64,000 nt of DNA from Octopus sinensis (Eukaryota), in NCBI RefSeq assembly GCF_006345805.1, contig NC_042998.1, positions 72,230,001 to 72,294,000 on the forward strand. Reading direction: 5' to 3'. Every line of letters begins with the position of its first letter. The stretch's first letter is position 1. The notes under the pieces were generated by a model, which saw only the letters and a list, made by a program, of their open reading frames with translations, did no database searches and was not told the DNA's origin. The position numbers and the translations under genes were made by a program. This document shows positions 26,880 through 39,990 of the stretch, piece by piece.

Positions 26880-27210
26880 TATATGACTATTTATCTTTAG
26901 TGCAGATTAACTTGTCGCTCTTAGCCTCACAAGACAGCTTCCTAGAATCATCATAGGGGTTCTTAAGGAACTGCTCTCTCATCCGTTTGCTATATTTTCA
27001 TTGCATCTGGTATTTTTGTTTTTTTTTGTACATGTTACGTCGCTTTTTGTTTTTAGATTCTCACACAAAACTAACAGACCTTCTCTCTCCTCGGGTCTGG
27101 CCTGTTTCCATTGCTTTTGTAAGTCCGGTTTTCTTATCTATTTAATCTTCTTTTCTCGACTAATTTCGCAGGGGTTAGCAACTAATTTCTACTTACCACA
27201 GTGTTTTACA
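26880..27210 (-). mobile_element. Ancient R2-group LINE N-terminal remnant
   Basis: Frameshifted readings SREKKIK, QKQWKQARPEEREGLL and FLKNPYDDSRKL resemble the pre-RT region of RLE-type LINEs. Confidence 0.45.
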
Positions 27211-27619
27211 ACATATAATTCAACACATATCTCATAGATAGTGCTGGTAAGATTATTCAGCTTGCCTTGACCACTTCATTTGTGGAGCATTTGTAACTGA
27301 CATTCTCATTTGCATTTCGTCACAAAACTTTTGGTTTCTTTGTCGACTTCTCAGGCAAAACTGCATCTTGACCTAAAGATTTTGAAGGCGATTCAGTTGA
27401 AGTATATATCGATCCATGGGGGTTTGACGCCTGGGATGATTTGATTCGTGTTTGTCAGTTAAATGACATACATTCATTAAAATTTTTCAAACACTTCTTG
27501 CTTCTAGACTACCCCGTGTGTGTGTGTGCGCGCTTGCGCGTGTGTTTACGTGTCTGTATGTAAGCGTGTATGTAAATTTATCTCTTTATTCTGTCACTCA
27601 TTAGATCATGGCGATGATA

Positions 27620-28151
<532 letters not shown>

Positions 28152-28254
28152 GTATACGAAGAGAATATACTCTCTGAAAATGCCGCGGATGTGGTCGCGG
28201 AACAAGTTTCTTACCATACAGCGAATATGTACGCACGCACATACATACACTTGG

Positions 28255-28328
28255 ATAGATAGATTGTAGATAGATAGATAGATAGATAGATAGATTGTAG
28301 ATAGATAGATAGATAGATAGATTGATTG

Positions 28329-28391
<63 letters not shown>

Positions 28392-28395
28392 CGAG
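28255..28395. repeat. (AGAT)n tetranucleotide array
   Basis: Read directly; others at about 27735-27870, 33065-33170 and 39565-39730. Source of the IYLS-repeat ORFs. Confidence 0.97.
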
Positions 28396-28769
28396 ATAAA
28401 TACATACATGTGTACGTGGGTAAATACATATTTACAACTGCAAGCAGAACGATCCTCTCTGACATTGTATTTCAAAAAGAATGATCCAAGGTGATAGGTA
28501 TCTGTATTACAATCATTTTAGCATAAAATTCCTTTTCATTTCTTGTACAAAAATCATGCTATGATCTGTAACTACATAACGTAGCAATTTCAGTCATAAT
28601 TTCTTTGTCGAAGACCTGTAGATCAAAAACTAAATGTTTTCACAAAGCGAAAACGGAAACGCTGCAGTAAATAACAACGTTATTAGCTAATATAGTAAGG
28701 GATTTGAAATAAAAGAACGTGCATATTTCATTGTTGAGCGGGATATATATATATACATATATGTATATA

Positions 28770-28809
<40 letters not shown>

Positions 28810-28918
28810 TATAATATATATATATATATTTATATTTATATATACAGACATATATATACATACATACATATATATATACATATATAAATATATATATATA
28901 TACATATATATATATGTA

Positions 28919-28986
<68 letters not shown>

Positions 28987-29042
28987 CGTGTGTGTGTGTG
29001 TGTGTGTGTAAATATATCTGTAAATTAATAAGTTACCATTAT

Positions 29043-29121
29043 TCAATAGCCAAGATGAAACTCTGAGTTTCTGATGCCGAAGTGGAAATCCACAACACCA
29101 TATCTTCGGTTATCTGGCCAT
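29043..29121 (-). CDS. Candidate terminal coding exon of an unidentified host gene ([25 protein letters not shown])
   Basis: Strong acceptor TTCTTTCATAGCTTTTTTCAG before 29121; phase matches the candidate exon at 38750-38991. No homolog recognised. Confidence 0.3.
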
Positions 29122-29954
29122 CTGAAAAAAGCTATGAAAGAATACCGTTGTTCAAAGGGAAATTGCTGTGTTATAGTTCCGCTAATTATATAAATTAAGA
29201 TTAAAAGATCATAGTAAACACGTAAGTATGGCTACTCATACACTCACATGTGCGCTCGCGCATCCACGTGCGTACGTATACGTCACTATGAAACGTACAC
29301 ATCTTCATTCACCAAATGTATACGCATATATATACAAACTCATATACACACGCGTACCGTAAAGGTTAAAACATACGTCTATATACGCACACGCACAAGA
29401 CAAAAATGGTTAAAGGTAACAATGCAGAAAAAACATAAGGAAGTATACAAAGCGTAGAACCACGTTCATATACGGACATGCCCTTATGCACGCGCACACA
29501 CACGCGCCAATATATGTTCATACCCGTACATGTTTGTATACGCATACACACACACGCATACACAAAATAGATTATACATACGCTCAAAAAAACCTTGAAA
29601 AAATTGTAAAAATAATAAGTAAAAACGTCTATATATATATATATGTATTCTTATGCTCGTACGCCTCTTTATACATACACAGCCGCCCACTCATACATAT
29701 TCACACACGTGTACAAATGAATCTATATACACGTCTATGTAGGCATAGGAAAAATGCAGGATGCAAGAGTACAGAAAAAAATATTATGTGTAAAAATATA
29801 AAAATATATGAAAAAATAAAAGGTATAATGTATAAAAAACGTTTTGAACATAATTTGGAAAGCAAGTTCTATCTGTATTCTTGGGGGGACCAAAAACGTA
29901 ACAAAAATGTTGTCACATGTGGGCAAGGGCGTACAAAAATCATGTATCCAACAG

Positions 29955-30395
29955 TAAAGAATAGGAAAAATAGAAATAGGAAGATCATCTGGTTTACACC
30001 ACCTTACTCCTCCGAGGTGACCTTCAATATAGGTAAATATTTCTTAACATTGATAGATAGACATTTTCCAGTTAACCATATTTATAGGAAACGCTTCAAT
30101 AAACACAATTTAAAAATTAGTTTTAGTTCAACTACCAATTTTAAAAATATAATCACACATAACAAACAAAAACCACAACAAGAAGACAGCTGTTCATGCA
30201 GGAATAAAAAATTGTGCCCGCTAAATGGAGCTTGCATGTCCGAGACCATAATCTATGAGGCTACCGTGGACTCTATAACCACTAAAGACATCGTTTCGAT
30301 GAAGAAATACGTAGGCCTTAGAGAGGGTAATTTCAAGGCCAGATTCAATAACCACACCTCGAGTTTTAGGCACTGGAACAAAGAAAAGCGACATA
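29955..30395 (+). mobile_element. Penelope-like element fragment: linker and GIY-YIG endonuclease
   Basis: IIWFTPPYS..NIGKYFL.LIDRHFP, CSCRNKKLCP (CxCx5C), IIYEATV..KYVGLREG.FKARFNNH.SSF; truncated on both sides. Confidence 0.9.
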
Positions 30396-30855
30396 TCCCA
30401 ATGATGATCATATCCGTCCCAAAAAATTATGTAAAAAAAATGCCAGAATCAATCGCAGTAATGAAAACACAGGAATACCAAATTTCAGGATTGGATGTCC
30501 TGATTCGGTCCGGAATATTTTTAATTTACTCACAGGTTTATTCTTCGGATTATAAAAATTGTTGTCGTACAAAAAACATTTGTCACAAGCCAAGTAAAAA
30601 AAATCGTCGAAAACAATCACAATAAGGAAAACTTGGGAATCCAATCTTTTAGGATTGTGGGTCCGGATTCGACCCGGAATGCTTATAATTCACTCACGGG
30701 GTTAGCTTGATTCCAAAATGGTGTGATATGTTGGGCTACGGCCTCTACGAATAACGTTGAAAATGTCTGAAACTGACACACTGACATTCACATTTATCGT
30801 ACTATATTATATTATATTATATTATATTATATTATATTATATTATATTATGTGAA

Positions 30856-31065
30856 GGCAGTGAGCTTGCAGAATGGTTAGGACGCTGGACGAAATGCTTA
30901 GTGGTACTTCGTCTGTTGTTAGGGTTTTGAGTTCAAATTACGCCGAGGTTGACTTTGCCTTTTATTATTTCGGGGTCGATAAAATTAGTACTAGTTACGT
31001 GCAGGTGTCGATATAATCGATTTAATTCCTTACCCCTAAATTTGAGACCTGATACTTACAGTAGA
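30856..31065 (+). mobile_element. tRNA-derived SINE (type 1)
   Basis: A-box-like TTGCAGAATGG and B-box-like GAGTTCAAAT; body aligns with 54575-54945 and 57039-57160. Confidence 0.8.
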
Positions 31066-33032
31066 AATGATTTATCAAAGTTTAAAAAGCGTGACACAAT
31101 GACATTGACGTTTATTATATTTGATATATAATCTTTCGGGTAAACTTTATTTCAATTAAAATGTATTTCATATAAATATATCTGTGTGTGTGCGGATGTA
31201 CGCGCGCGTGTGTGTGTATGTATATATGTATGTATTAAAGAAGGCAAAAAATGATAGTGTTCAGTATGTAGCGACAGGAATCTCTATCAAAGAGACACGG
31301 TTAACATGGTTGTGCATCACCCCTTTCTCTCTCTCTTATTATTACTCACACTGCCACCATCAAATCTACAACTTTCAATAAAGCATTATCAACCGTCCCT
31401 AAATTCCTTTCTCTCTCTCTTTCTCTCTCTCTTTTTCACACACTCTCTCTCTCTCTCTGTCTTAAATACCCACTCACCGTCTCTATGCCTACTATTAATC
31501 TCACCCCAACATGAGGAATAGTAGGCCTGTCATTGAATAGTGAGAGCGGGGTTCTAAGTGTGACACTCTGACCAACAGAAATTAGTTTTCGCATTTATTG
31601 TATTAGGTAAACACGTATGTGGATATACTCAATTATTAAGTAGAATTAATCCTATTTGTCCTCCGAAATTAGGTTAGTCCGATAGATAGGGATGTAGATA
31701 TGTCGTAGTTAACTAGCTGGATGCAAGTACGCATATGATTAAATTGTTGATACTAGTTTCAATGTAAATCTATAGTGTATATCTATACATCAGTGTGTCC
31801 GCGATCGCGTGTGTATGTGTGTGCATATGTATGTGTAAATCAACGAATAGAGACCTGTAGCCAGATACATATGAATTCTACTATAAGGCAGTTGTATCCA
31901 TAGTAATATGTAATGTGAAATGTGAATTATTGCTTCTCTATCTAATGGCATATAATCCTGTGAGCTGTATTCCGCACAGTAAATATTCAGTAAGTTATAT
32001 ACTACAGTATTTTTGTTATTCTGATTTACACGACCTTGATATAGCAATGAAAATCACCAATCATCTCCAATTATTCGAGACACCGTTCTTTTGCCAGTGT
32101 TAATCTATTGGCTTTACGTAGATATTTCGGATCAGAAACAAAAAATGAAAACTAATTCTGGAACAAAAATAATATTTGTTGCCAAAAATCAATAAAAGTG
32201 CGCTGACATTTCATTGCAAACAACTGCTGACAGCAGAAATCTTGATAGAAAGCATGTTTAGTTCCACTTTCATTTCCTTGGTAACAACAGAATGGAACAA
32301 AGGTATTTTACACAAATATATTATTCCATTCTACTTTGATTGTGAAGGGATATTAATTCTGGTCATTTTATGAGGTAAGCCAACAAAATAGCGTAAATAT
32401 ATTATCGCTTCCAAACATTCAGTTACATATTGAAAATCTGTGTATGTGCATGGCTTAGCAATATTTCATTTCTTAGCATTATATAAGTAGAGATTACATA
32501 CGAGAACTTACAATATAAATGTTTCTTTTTCTTTCTTATTTCTACAAAAGCTAACAAACCTAGTTCAGTGTATCCTATGGTATTTACTCCAACTTCGGTC
32601 TCTTTTTGAAACAACGTTTTCTAAACGACGCTGCGTTAACCTTACATGGGCGAAAGATTCACAGAAGCTTAATAGGAACCAACAGTACTTCTATGCAGCA
32701 GAAAATGTAAATATGACACGATGTCAAACAAATATATCAACAATTGAATATTTTCGTGCTGCAACAAAAGATATTTCCCTTCCAATAGCTTTTAAATCAC
32801 TACAAATATAATATACTCCTTACTTGTTCAGATAAGGCAATACTGTAAATCTGATTTCTAACGACAATGTTGGATTCATACACTTGCTGCTTTAAATATG
32901 CGAATATTTGCATATACTCACACATTGGTATAGGCAAGCACGGACGCACTTACATGCTCACATACATTCACAACCAGGAACAAAAATACACATATGTATA
33001 CATACATAGATAGATAAATATACACACACGTG

Positions 33033-33066
<34 letters not shown>

Positions 33067-33101
33067 TAGATAGACATACAGACAGACAGATAGATAGATA
33101 G

Positions 33102-33163
<62 letters not shown>

Positions 33164-33309
33164 GACAGATAGGTATACATATATTTAAACGCACGCGCAT
33201 GCACACACACAAGCGCACACATGAAGGAATAGGCAGGGCTGTGTGGCTAAGAATATAGGTTCGTAAATAAGAGTTTTCATGTTCAGTCCTACTGCATGTG
33301 AAGTGTTGT

Positions 33310-33411
33310 ATAATAATAATAATTATAATTATAATAATAACAACAACAACAACAATAATAATAACAATAAAAATTTAAAAAAATTAAAATAATAATAATA
33401 ATAATATAATG

Positions 33412-33478
<67 letters not shown>

Positions 33479-33485
33479 TAATAAC
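33310..33485 (+). repeat. (AAT)n/(AAC)n array
   Basis: Read directly. Confidence 0.97.
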
Positions 33486-34357
33486 GTCGAAAAATACCTT
33501 AGGATTGAGAACCCAGTTTCGAATTTTCCCCAAGACACCTGATGAAAGTTGGGGGGTTAGGGTTGTTAACAACAAACAAGATGAGGACAAATATCCGTCA
33601 AATTTGAATAATGTATATAATGTACATAATTCCTCCTTCCTTAAATATAGAACTGTAAAGATAAACATGTTTAAATTTTAAAATCTTTTTACCCAAGCAG
33701 AAAACATGATTTGGAAACTGTCATTTCGTGTGTGACAACACGTGCTGTCAATTGTAAATAGAGCAAAAATATTGGCGGGATTGTGCTTTACGCACGCCAT
33801 ATAACTCCTCATACCATTTTTGTTTTTGACATTTTCAGAAAATTTCTACGAATTTCTAATGAACACATAGGAATTCATACGATTATACAACACTCCCACA
33901 AAAAAAATTTAAAATCTATCTACTTATTATTTTTAGGACATCTCTCGACCATCTCAATTCATGTGTTTTAAACATTCAATAAGCAAAAAATGACTACGTG
34001 CTATGTTGCTTAGTAACAGCTTGGCTTGTTCTTATGGAAACAGCCACGTATATGACTATAGCTTTTGAGTGGCTAAATTATCTAGAATTTGCAAACTATA
34101 AAAGCCATTAAAACTTTATTTATGGATATATGGTGAAAATGACTTTTTTGTCAATTCAAAACTACTTCAAAACACCAATTATAAAATCAATTGGAATAAA
34201 AATTAGATAAATTAAATGGTGGCAGCCAAACATAAAATATAGTATGTACACACACACACAAATCACACTTTCACAGCCGTCAACGCATGCGCTCACACGC
34301 ACACACATTTCCTATTACGATATGAAGTAGGCATATATTTATGATAGCGTGTGAAAC

Positions 34358-34394
<37 letters not shown>

Positions 34395-34692
34395 TCGTCA
34401 TCATCAGAAGCAGCAGCATTTAACGTCCTTTGCCCACGCTGGCATGGGTTGGATGTTTTAACCAGGGCTGGGAAGCTGGAAGACTGGAAGTTTTATAAAA
34501 TTGTGTGTATATATATATATGTACGTATATATATATATATATAAAAAAGCAATAAAGATTCAAGTTAATTTTAATGAATTTACTTGAATATGGTACCTAA
34601 CTTAGATGCACCAAAAAAAAACTGTACTGTTTTAACAATACAGTAATGTGGGGTGATTATAAGCGAGAAAGAAGCAACAAGAATGGATAGGT

Positions 34693-34783
34693 TTTTAGTA
34701 CAATCGTTTCATACAAGGACAGGCTTTATTAAATGTTGCAAAAATTACAGCATATAAACGTGTCCCGTACTCATCAGCTAAAA
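34693..34783 (-). ncRNA. Type I hammerhead ribozyme motif, inverted pLTR copy
   Basis: Reverse complement of 38066-38156. Confidence 0.85.
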
Positions 34784-35448
34784 TACATGTGAGTTCTCTA
34801 GACATCCTAGTGGTTGAGGCTATACTCATGAAGTAATGTAGATAATTAAGTAACATAAACATTTCCAAGTTCATTAAAGTTCTTTAAAGATGATGTACAG
34901 TCTTATCACAGAATTTTAAAAAAAGTTTTAATAGCATCACAGAGAAGGTGACCTAATCCATAGTGCACATATGAATTTCCAGAGATATGAGGAGGGATTA
35001 CATGCTCACAGACGACAAATTTATCCATTGTTAATCACAACGAGGTGGTCTCTCAATTCCTGCTTATTAGCATTACAGAGAGGGTGAATTAATCCTTTGT
35101 ATAGATGCACAATTTCCAATGGTGTAGATGTAAATTTCCAGAGAAATGAAGAGGATTACATTCGTTGATAAGGAGAACTCACGTATTCCTAATAAAGAAG
35201 GTATCAGTAATCACGTAAGCAGCAATACAGACCAAGCCCGAAATAAAAGTAATTAAATTAACGGTAAACGCTAATCTAACGTACAGGCCCAACAATTCAA
35301 ATAGAAGCATTGACCAGAACACAGGAACTCGGATATATCGAAGTAGATAAACCTAGATGCACACAAATATAAATAAAAATAATGGTAATAAATACAATAA
35401 CTCCGGTGAGATGAATAGTAATAATTCTACGAACCCTAAATTTATAAA

Positions 35449-36589
35449 AAAGATATATTATGGCTGAATATTCCTTCCAACTGTGCGATACAATCGGATA
35501 TACAGAACAAATTCAAAGTAATTCTGGAAAAAAATTTCCCTATCTCTCATAGATATCATAGAATTATCTAGGAAAACAGTTAGGATTTCTTATTCAACCC
35601 TCCCAAATATGTCCACTTTAATAGCTAAGATTAATAATAACAACATTAAACTAGCCAGGAAAGATAGAAATAAAAATAATAATATCAGCATGAATACCAA
35701 TAGCAATTATAATAATACAAACAATAAAAACAGCAATAGTAACTATCAAAACATAGGTGAAATTAGTAACCACAGAAGGACTAATAACATTAACATTAGT
35801 AGTAATAATAACAATGCCGATATTAATAGAAGTAATAATGTTAATAATAGAAATAATAGAAATAAGGCTAATGGAGAAAATAAGGAGAATGAAAATATCA
35901 GTGATATCTATAACAACAATATGCAGTCGGATAAAAAGACTAACAATAATAGTAACATTACCAATAATATAAGAAATCATGGTAGGACTTTAGACCTAAA
36001 TGATGAAACAGAAGGATCAATAAATAATAGCAATACTTTAGATATCAGCACCAACTATAGAAATATTAATAACAATAAGGACAATTATACTCATGATGAT
36101 CAAAATAATAGGAACCTAAGACATCTACCCAAGAATAATCCAAAACCTGAAGTTGTTCCTCCTGTGTGTAAGTGTAGAATAAAATCAAAATGCCCGGCAC
36201 CTGGTCTATGCGGGGAAAATAATGTAATCTATAAATGTACCATATCCACGGAGAATAACAAATACTTTTACATTGGATGTACAATTAATTTTCTAGCCAG
36301 AGTTAAAAATCACATCTCGTCTTTTAAATTACGTCATAAAGCTGGTACCACCACACTTTCAAACTAAATCTGGGAACTCAAAAATAATAATAATAATTAT
36401 AACCTTAATTGGGAAATAGTTAGGAGAGCAATTCCGTATAAAAATAGTAGGGTTGGTTGCCAACTATGCTCCATGGAGACGTATGAAATTCTAAAGCATA
36501 GAAAACATAGAAACTTATTGAATAACCATATCGAACTAGGTCAAGTTTGTGTCCACGCTAAATTGAAGACTTTAAAATATTTTAAATGA
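35449..36589 (+). pseudogene. PLE C-terminal ORF remnant: Asn-rich linker, CxCx5C, GIY-YIG endonuclease; no RT
   Basis: KDILWLNIP..KFKVILEKNFP.SH, a frameshift near 35569, then SYSTLPNM, ~170 aa N-rich, CKCRIKSKCP, VIYKCTI..FYIGCT..F..RVKNH.SSF. One TAA at 36365, then in frame IWELK..WEI..CQLC..E..LLN..E..C.H to TGA 36587-36589. Confidence 0.9.
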
Positions 36590-38065
36590 TTTGAATATTC
36601 GTAACTAGATAGATAGATAGATATAACTTGATTTTTACTAGTATAGCACTGCTTTAAGTAGATAACTAAGAGTTCTCACACTACAGTTATCTTTTTCCTT
36701 ATATCTGCATCAGTTTTTTGAGAACAGGGAAATTAATAGTACTTATACGCTGCTTAATTGAGGCTTTATTAATGTCAAACTCATAATTTTAAATCTTAAT
36801 TTAAATCTTAATTTTAAATCTTAATTGTAACTTTTATTTTAATTCTTAACTTAATCTAATTTAAGTAGCATAACTTTAATAAAATAAAATGAGTTACTAA
36901 AGCCCCATAATTCTGTTTCAAAATTAAATAAATAAGGCTACTCCCTCGGTGATAATATGATTATCTTCATTATGATAGACAATTCCCTAACACCTTGTAA
37001 ATGATCTTCTAAGATTTGACCTGTAGTCCGTCAATGTATGAATAATAACGGCAACTCCTTAAGACAATAAAATGAATAAATGAAATAAATAAATTTTAAT
37101 GACTTTTTGATAAGATTATACTTAGATTTTCCTAATGTATTTTCTTTTGATTTTAGCCTCTGACTCCTAAACCCCTGACCGTGTTATCTCTTTAGATTCT
37201 CTTTAAATTCATAGCTGATTTCAACAGCAATAATTAGCTGTTTTACTGGTCAAAGAATAATATTCTCCTCTAGTTCCTAGATGCCTGTAAATTAAAACCA
37301 GACTTGCCGTCTACTAATTCTTCTGTATAACTAGAACCCTCTTTCTTTCTTTTTCTTTTTTTTCCCTTCTTTCCCTATTTCTTTCTCTTTTCTCTTTTTT
37401 CTTTTTCTTCTTCTTATTCTCTTTTTCCTTTTCTCTTCTCTTTTAGTCCCCCCCCCTTTTTGCTCCTTCCTCCTTTATTTTCTCTCTTTTCTTCTCTTCC
37501 CTTCCCTTTTCTGTTCTTTGCATCTCTAGAAAGCCCTTCAGCCTTTTAAAAGTTAAATAGCTACAGCCTCTTGTAAATTTGTAAATAGCAGTAATGTGAT
37601 TAATGTGGCAAATACCTAATCATATAACAAGAATTGATACCTACCTCATTGTGTTCAAGCATTGATAAATTTATCGCCTGTGAATATGAAATTCCTCTTC
37701 ATTTCTCTGGAAATTTACATCTACACCATTGGAAATTGTGCATCTATACAAAGGATTAATTCACCCTCTCTGTAATGCTAATAAGCAGGAATTGAGACCC
37801 ACCTCGTTGTGATTAACAATGGATAAATTTGTCGTCTGTGAGTATGTAATCCCTCCTCATATCTCTGGAAATTCATATGTGCACTATGGATTAGGTCACC
37901 TTCTCTGTGATGCTATTAAAACTTTTTTAAAATTCTGTGATAAGACTGTACATCATCTTTAAAGAACTTTAATGAACTTTGGAAATCTGTTTATGTTACT
38001 TAATTATCTACATTACTTCATGAGTATAGCCTCAACCACTAGGATGTCTAGAGAACTCACATGTA

Positions 38066-38156
38066 TTTTAGCTGATGAGTACGGGACACGTTTATATGCT
38101 GTAATTTTTGCAACATTTAATAAAGCCTGTCCTTGTATGAAACGATTGTACTAAAA
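38066..38156 (+). ncRNA. Type I hammerhead ribozyme motif in the PLE 3' pLTR
   Basis: Stem I TTTTAG/CTAAAA; CTGATGA 38072-38078; stem II GTACGGGAC/GTCCTTGTAT; GAAA 38139-38142; stem III AC-GATT-GT; GUA triplet with predicted cleavage after 38150. Confidence 0.85.
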
Positions 38157-38187
38157 ACCTATCCATTCTTGTTGCTTCTTTCTCGCG

Positions 38188-38258
38188 TATATATATAATA
38201 TATATATTATATATATATATATATAATATTATATATATATATATCTATATATATATAC

Positions 38259-38331
<73 letters not shown>

Positions 38332-38351
38332 ATATATATACATATATATAG
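38188..38351. repeat. (TA)n array between two hammerhead-bearing ends
   Basis: Read directly. Confidence 0.97.
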
Positions 38352-38740
38352 ATGCAACTTAGAAACAAGGGCAAAAGAAAATTATTTGCCTCATAACACG
38401 TGTGAACTGTTCTCCCCCACAGCTTATCGTGGTTACCATTCCCTATATCGAATAGTAATAAATCTACTACTAATATATGATGAAGTTTTTTTAACAGCGA
38501 TAAAAATTTCATCAAAAAATTGGCAGCATATTAAAATACCTTTAAAGATTAAAATTATAACGAACTTATAAACAAGGGCAAAAGAAAATTATTTCTATGC
38601 CAATATGCTGATAACAGACTTTTAAATCGTCAATTTCTATATTTAAATCGTTATTTCTATATTGAATCAATTTCGGAATTAATCTCATAATAGATTGTTT
38701 CCTCGTCAGTATAAAATACGAAATAAATAGAAATAAATGA
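38352..38740 (-). mobile_element. Probable solo PLE 3' end (second family)
   Basis: Contains a hammerhead motif, a 25-bp direct repeat (38363-38387 = 38570-38594) and ends at (TA)n; no coding part seen. Confidence 0.5.
38649..38720 (-). ncRNA. Type I hammerhead ribozyme motif
   Basis: Minus strand: CTGACGA; stem II GGAA/TTCC with inner AATCT/AGATT; GAAA; near-palindromic ATTGA-T-TCAAT stem III; AUA triplet; imperfect stem I. Confidence 0.75.
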
Positions 38741-38749
38741 AATACTTAC

Positions 38750-38991
38750 ATGCGCCCATGGAAAAGAAAGCCGAAACAAAAGTCATGAGTGCACATAGGT
38801 GCCTCAGATATATCTAAATATAAAATCCTCTGGTTAGCCTCAGCACACATGTGAACTGTGAATCTAGATCTTGGTGGAGGGTGTTTCAAGCGTTTATTAA
38901 ATACCGTTGCGTGAATTATTTCTAAACGTTGATCATCATTGTTTAATTGATTTGGTCTGATTAAAGGAGCAATTTCAATGACTTCTAAAAC
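38750..38991 (-). CDS. Candidate internal coding exon of an unidentified host gene (VLEVIEIAPL...DFCFGFLFHGR)
   Basis: 242 bp open between acceptor ATTTCACAG and donor GTAAGT, inside the 154-aa ORF 39210-38746; non-repetitive, protein-like composition. No family recognised. Confidence 0.4.
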
Positions 38992-39243
38992 CTGTGAAAT
39001 CGATGCAGATGAAGACTTTCCAGAACACGAGCAAGGATATGATATGAACATACATTTCCAAACGAAGGTATATTGGATAATGTAGTTCAAGCGATGTACA
39101 ATGGATATAATACGGGTAATGTGCAGGCAGGGTAAGTCTAACTCGAGTGTTTTCTGGGATGATATTTTTACATGGAAGCAGGCAACTGAGGCAAGTAGTT
39201 TACGTACCATTTGAAGTGGGGAATTTTAAAGATATGTCTGTAT

Positions 39244-39385
39244 AGTAAGATTTCTTCTCAAACACATGATCCCAGGTTCAGCCCCACTGCGTGGTACATT
39301 GGACAAGTGTTTTAGATAACAGTCTCGGGTTGACCAAAGCCTTGTGAGCAGATATGGTAGGTGGAAACTGAAAGAAGACTGTTGC
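39244..39385 (+). mobile_element. tRNA-derived SINE (type 2), 5' part
   Basis: Aligns with 54298-54450 (..CCCACTGCGTGG..CAAGTGT..GACCAAAG.CTTGTGAG..GGAAACTGAAAGAA). Confidence 0.75.
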
Positions 39386-39563
39386 ATATACATAGGTATA
39401 TCGATGCGAACAGGAAAACTAAAACAGAAAATGAGTATATTTTCATTAATATTTAGCAAGAGTGACTGAAGATCAGAGATTTTCGTGCGTTGGTGTTTTG
39501 ATAAGTGCCAACTCACGAAATTCTTGGACCTTGAGTCACGTTGTTACTTCTGCTCAAATTGAA

Positions 39564-39640
<77 letters not shown>

Positions 39641-39646
39641 GTCTGC

Positions 39647-39797
<151 letters not shown>

Positions 39798-39819
39798 CAT
39801 GAGTGCGCATTTCTGTCTG

Positions 39820-39990
39820 TGTTGATGTGTTCTATTCCCCGTAACTTGCTGGTTCGACAAATGAGACCGATAGTATAAATACTAGGTTGAAAAACAATTT
39901 CTGCGGTCGATTCATTCGACTAAAAATTCAAAGTGGGGCCTCCACATAGCCGCAGGCTAATGACTGTAATATGTCAAAGATGAAAAATAA
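39820..39990 (+). mobile_element. SINE 3' part after a microsatellite
   Basis: Its end resembles the SINE tails at 43105-43162 (minus) and 46347-46400 (CCAGCATGGCC.CAG...CTGAAACAAG). Confidence 0.55.

Larger units (their letters stand above)
34546..38186 (+). mobile_element. 5'-truncated Penelope-like element with inverted pseudo-LTRs, inserted in (TA)n
   Basis: Arms 34663-35155 and 37693-38186 are near-identical inverted repeats (a handful of differences in ~490 bp), each with a hammerhead. A GIY-YIG ORF lies between them; TA arrays on both flanks. Confidence 0.9.

Noticed and set aside
29486-30625. 379-aa ORF as a gene
   Set aside because: It is a chance fusion of CA/TA-rich repeat, a PLE fragment (29955-30395) and unrelated downstream sequence.
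30465-30700. Two diverged ~70-bp direct repeats about 163 bp apart
   Set aside because: Only two degenerate units with no clear boundaries; cannot be assigned.
33485-33660. CTGATGA at 33539-33545 as a sixth hammerhead
   Set aside because: No stem II or GAAA follows; at best a decayed copy.
34391-34490. Possible LINE 3' tail after (ATC)n
   Set aside because: Recognised only from memory; no second copy or coding motif in the window.
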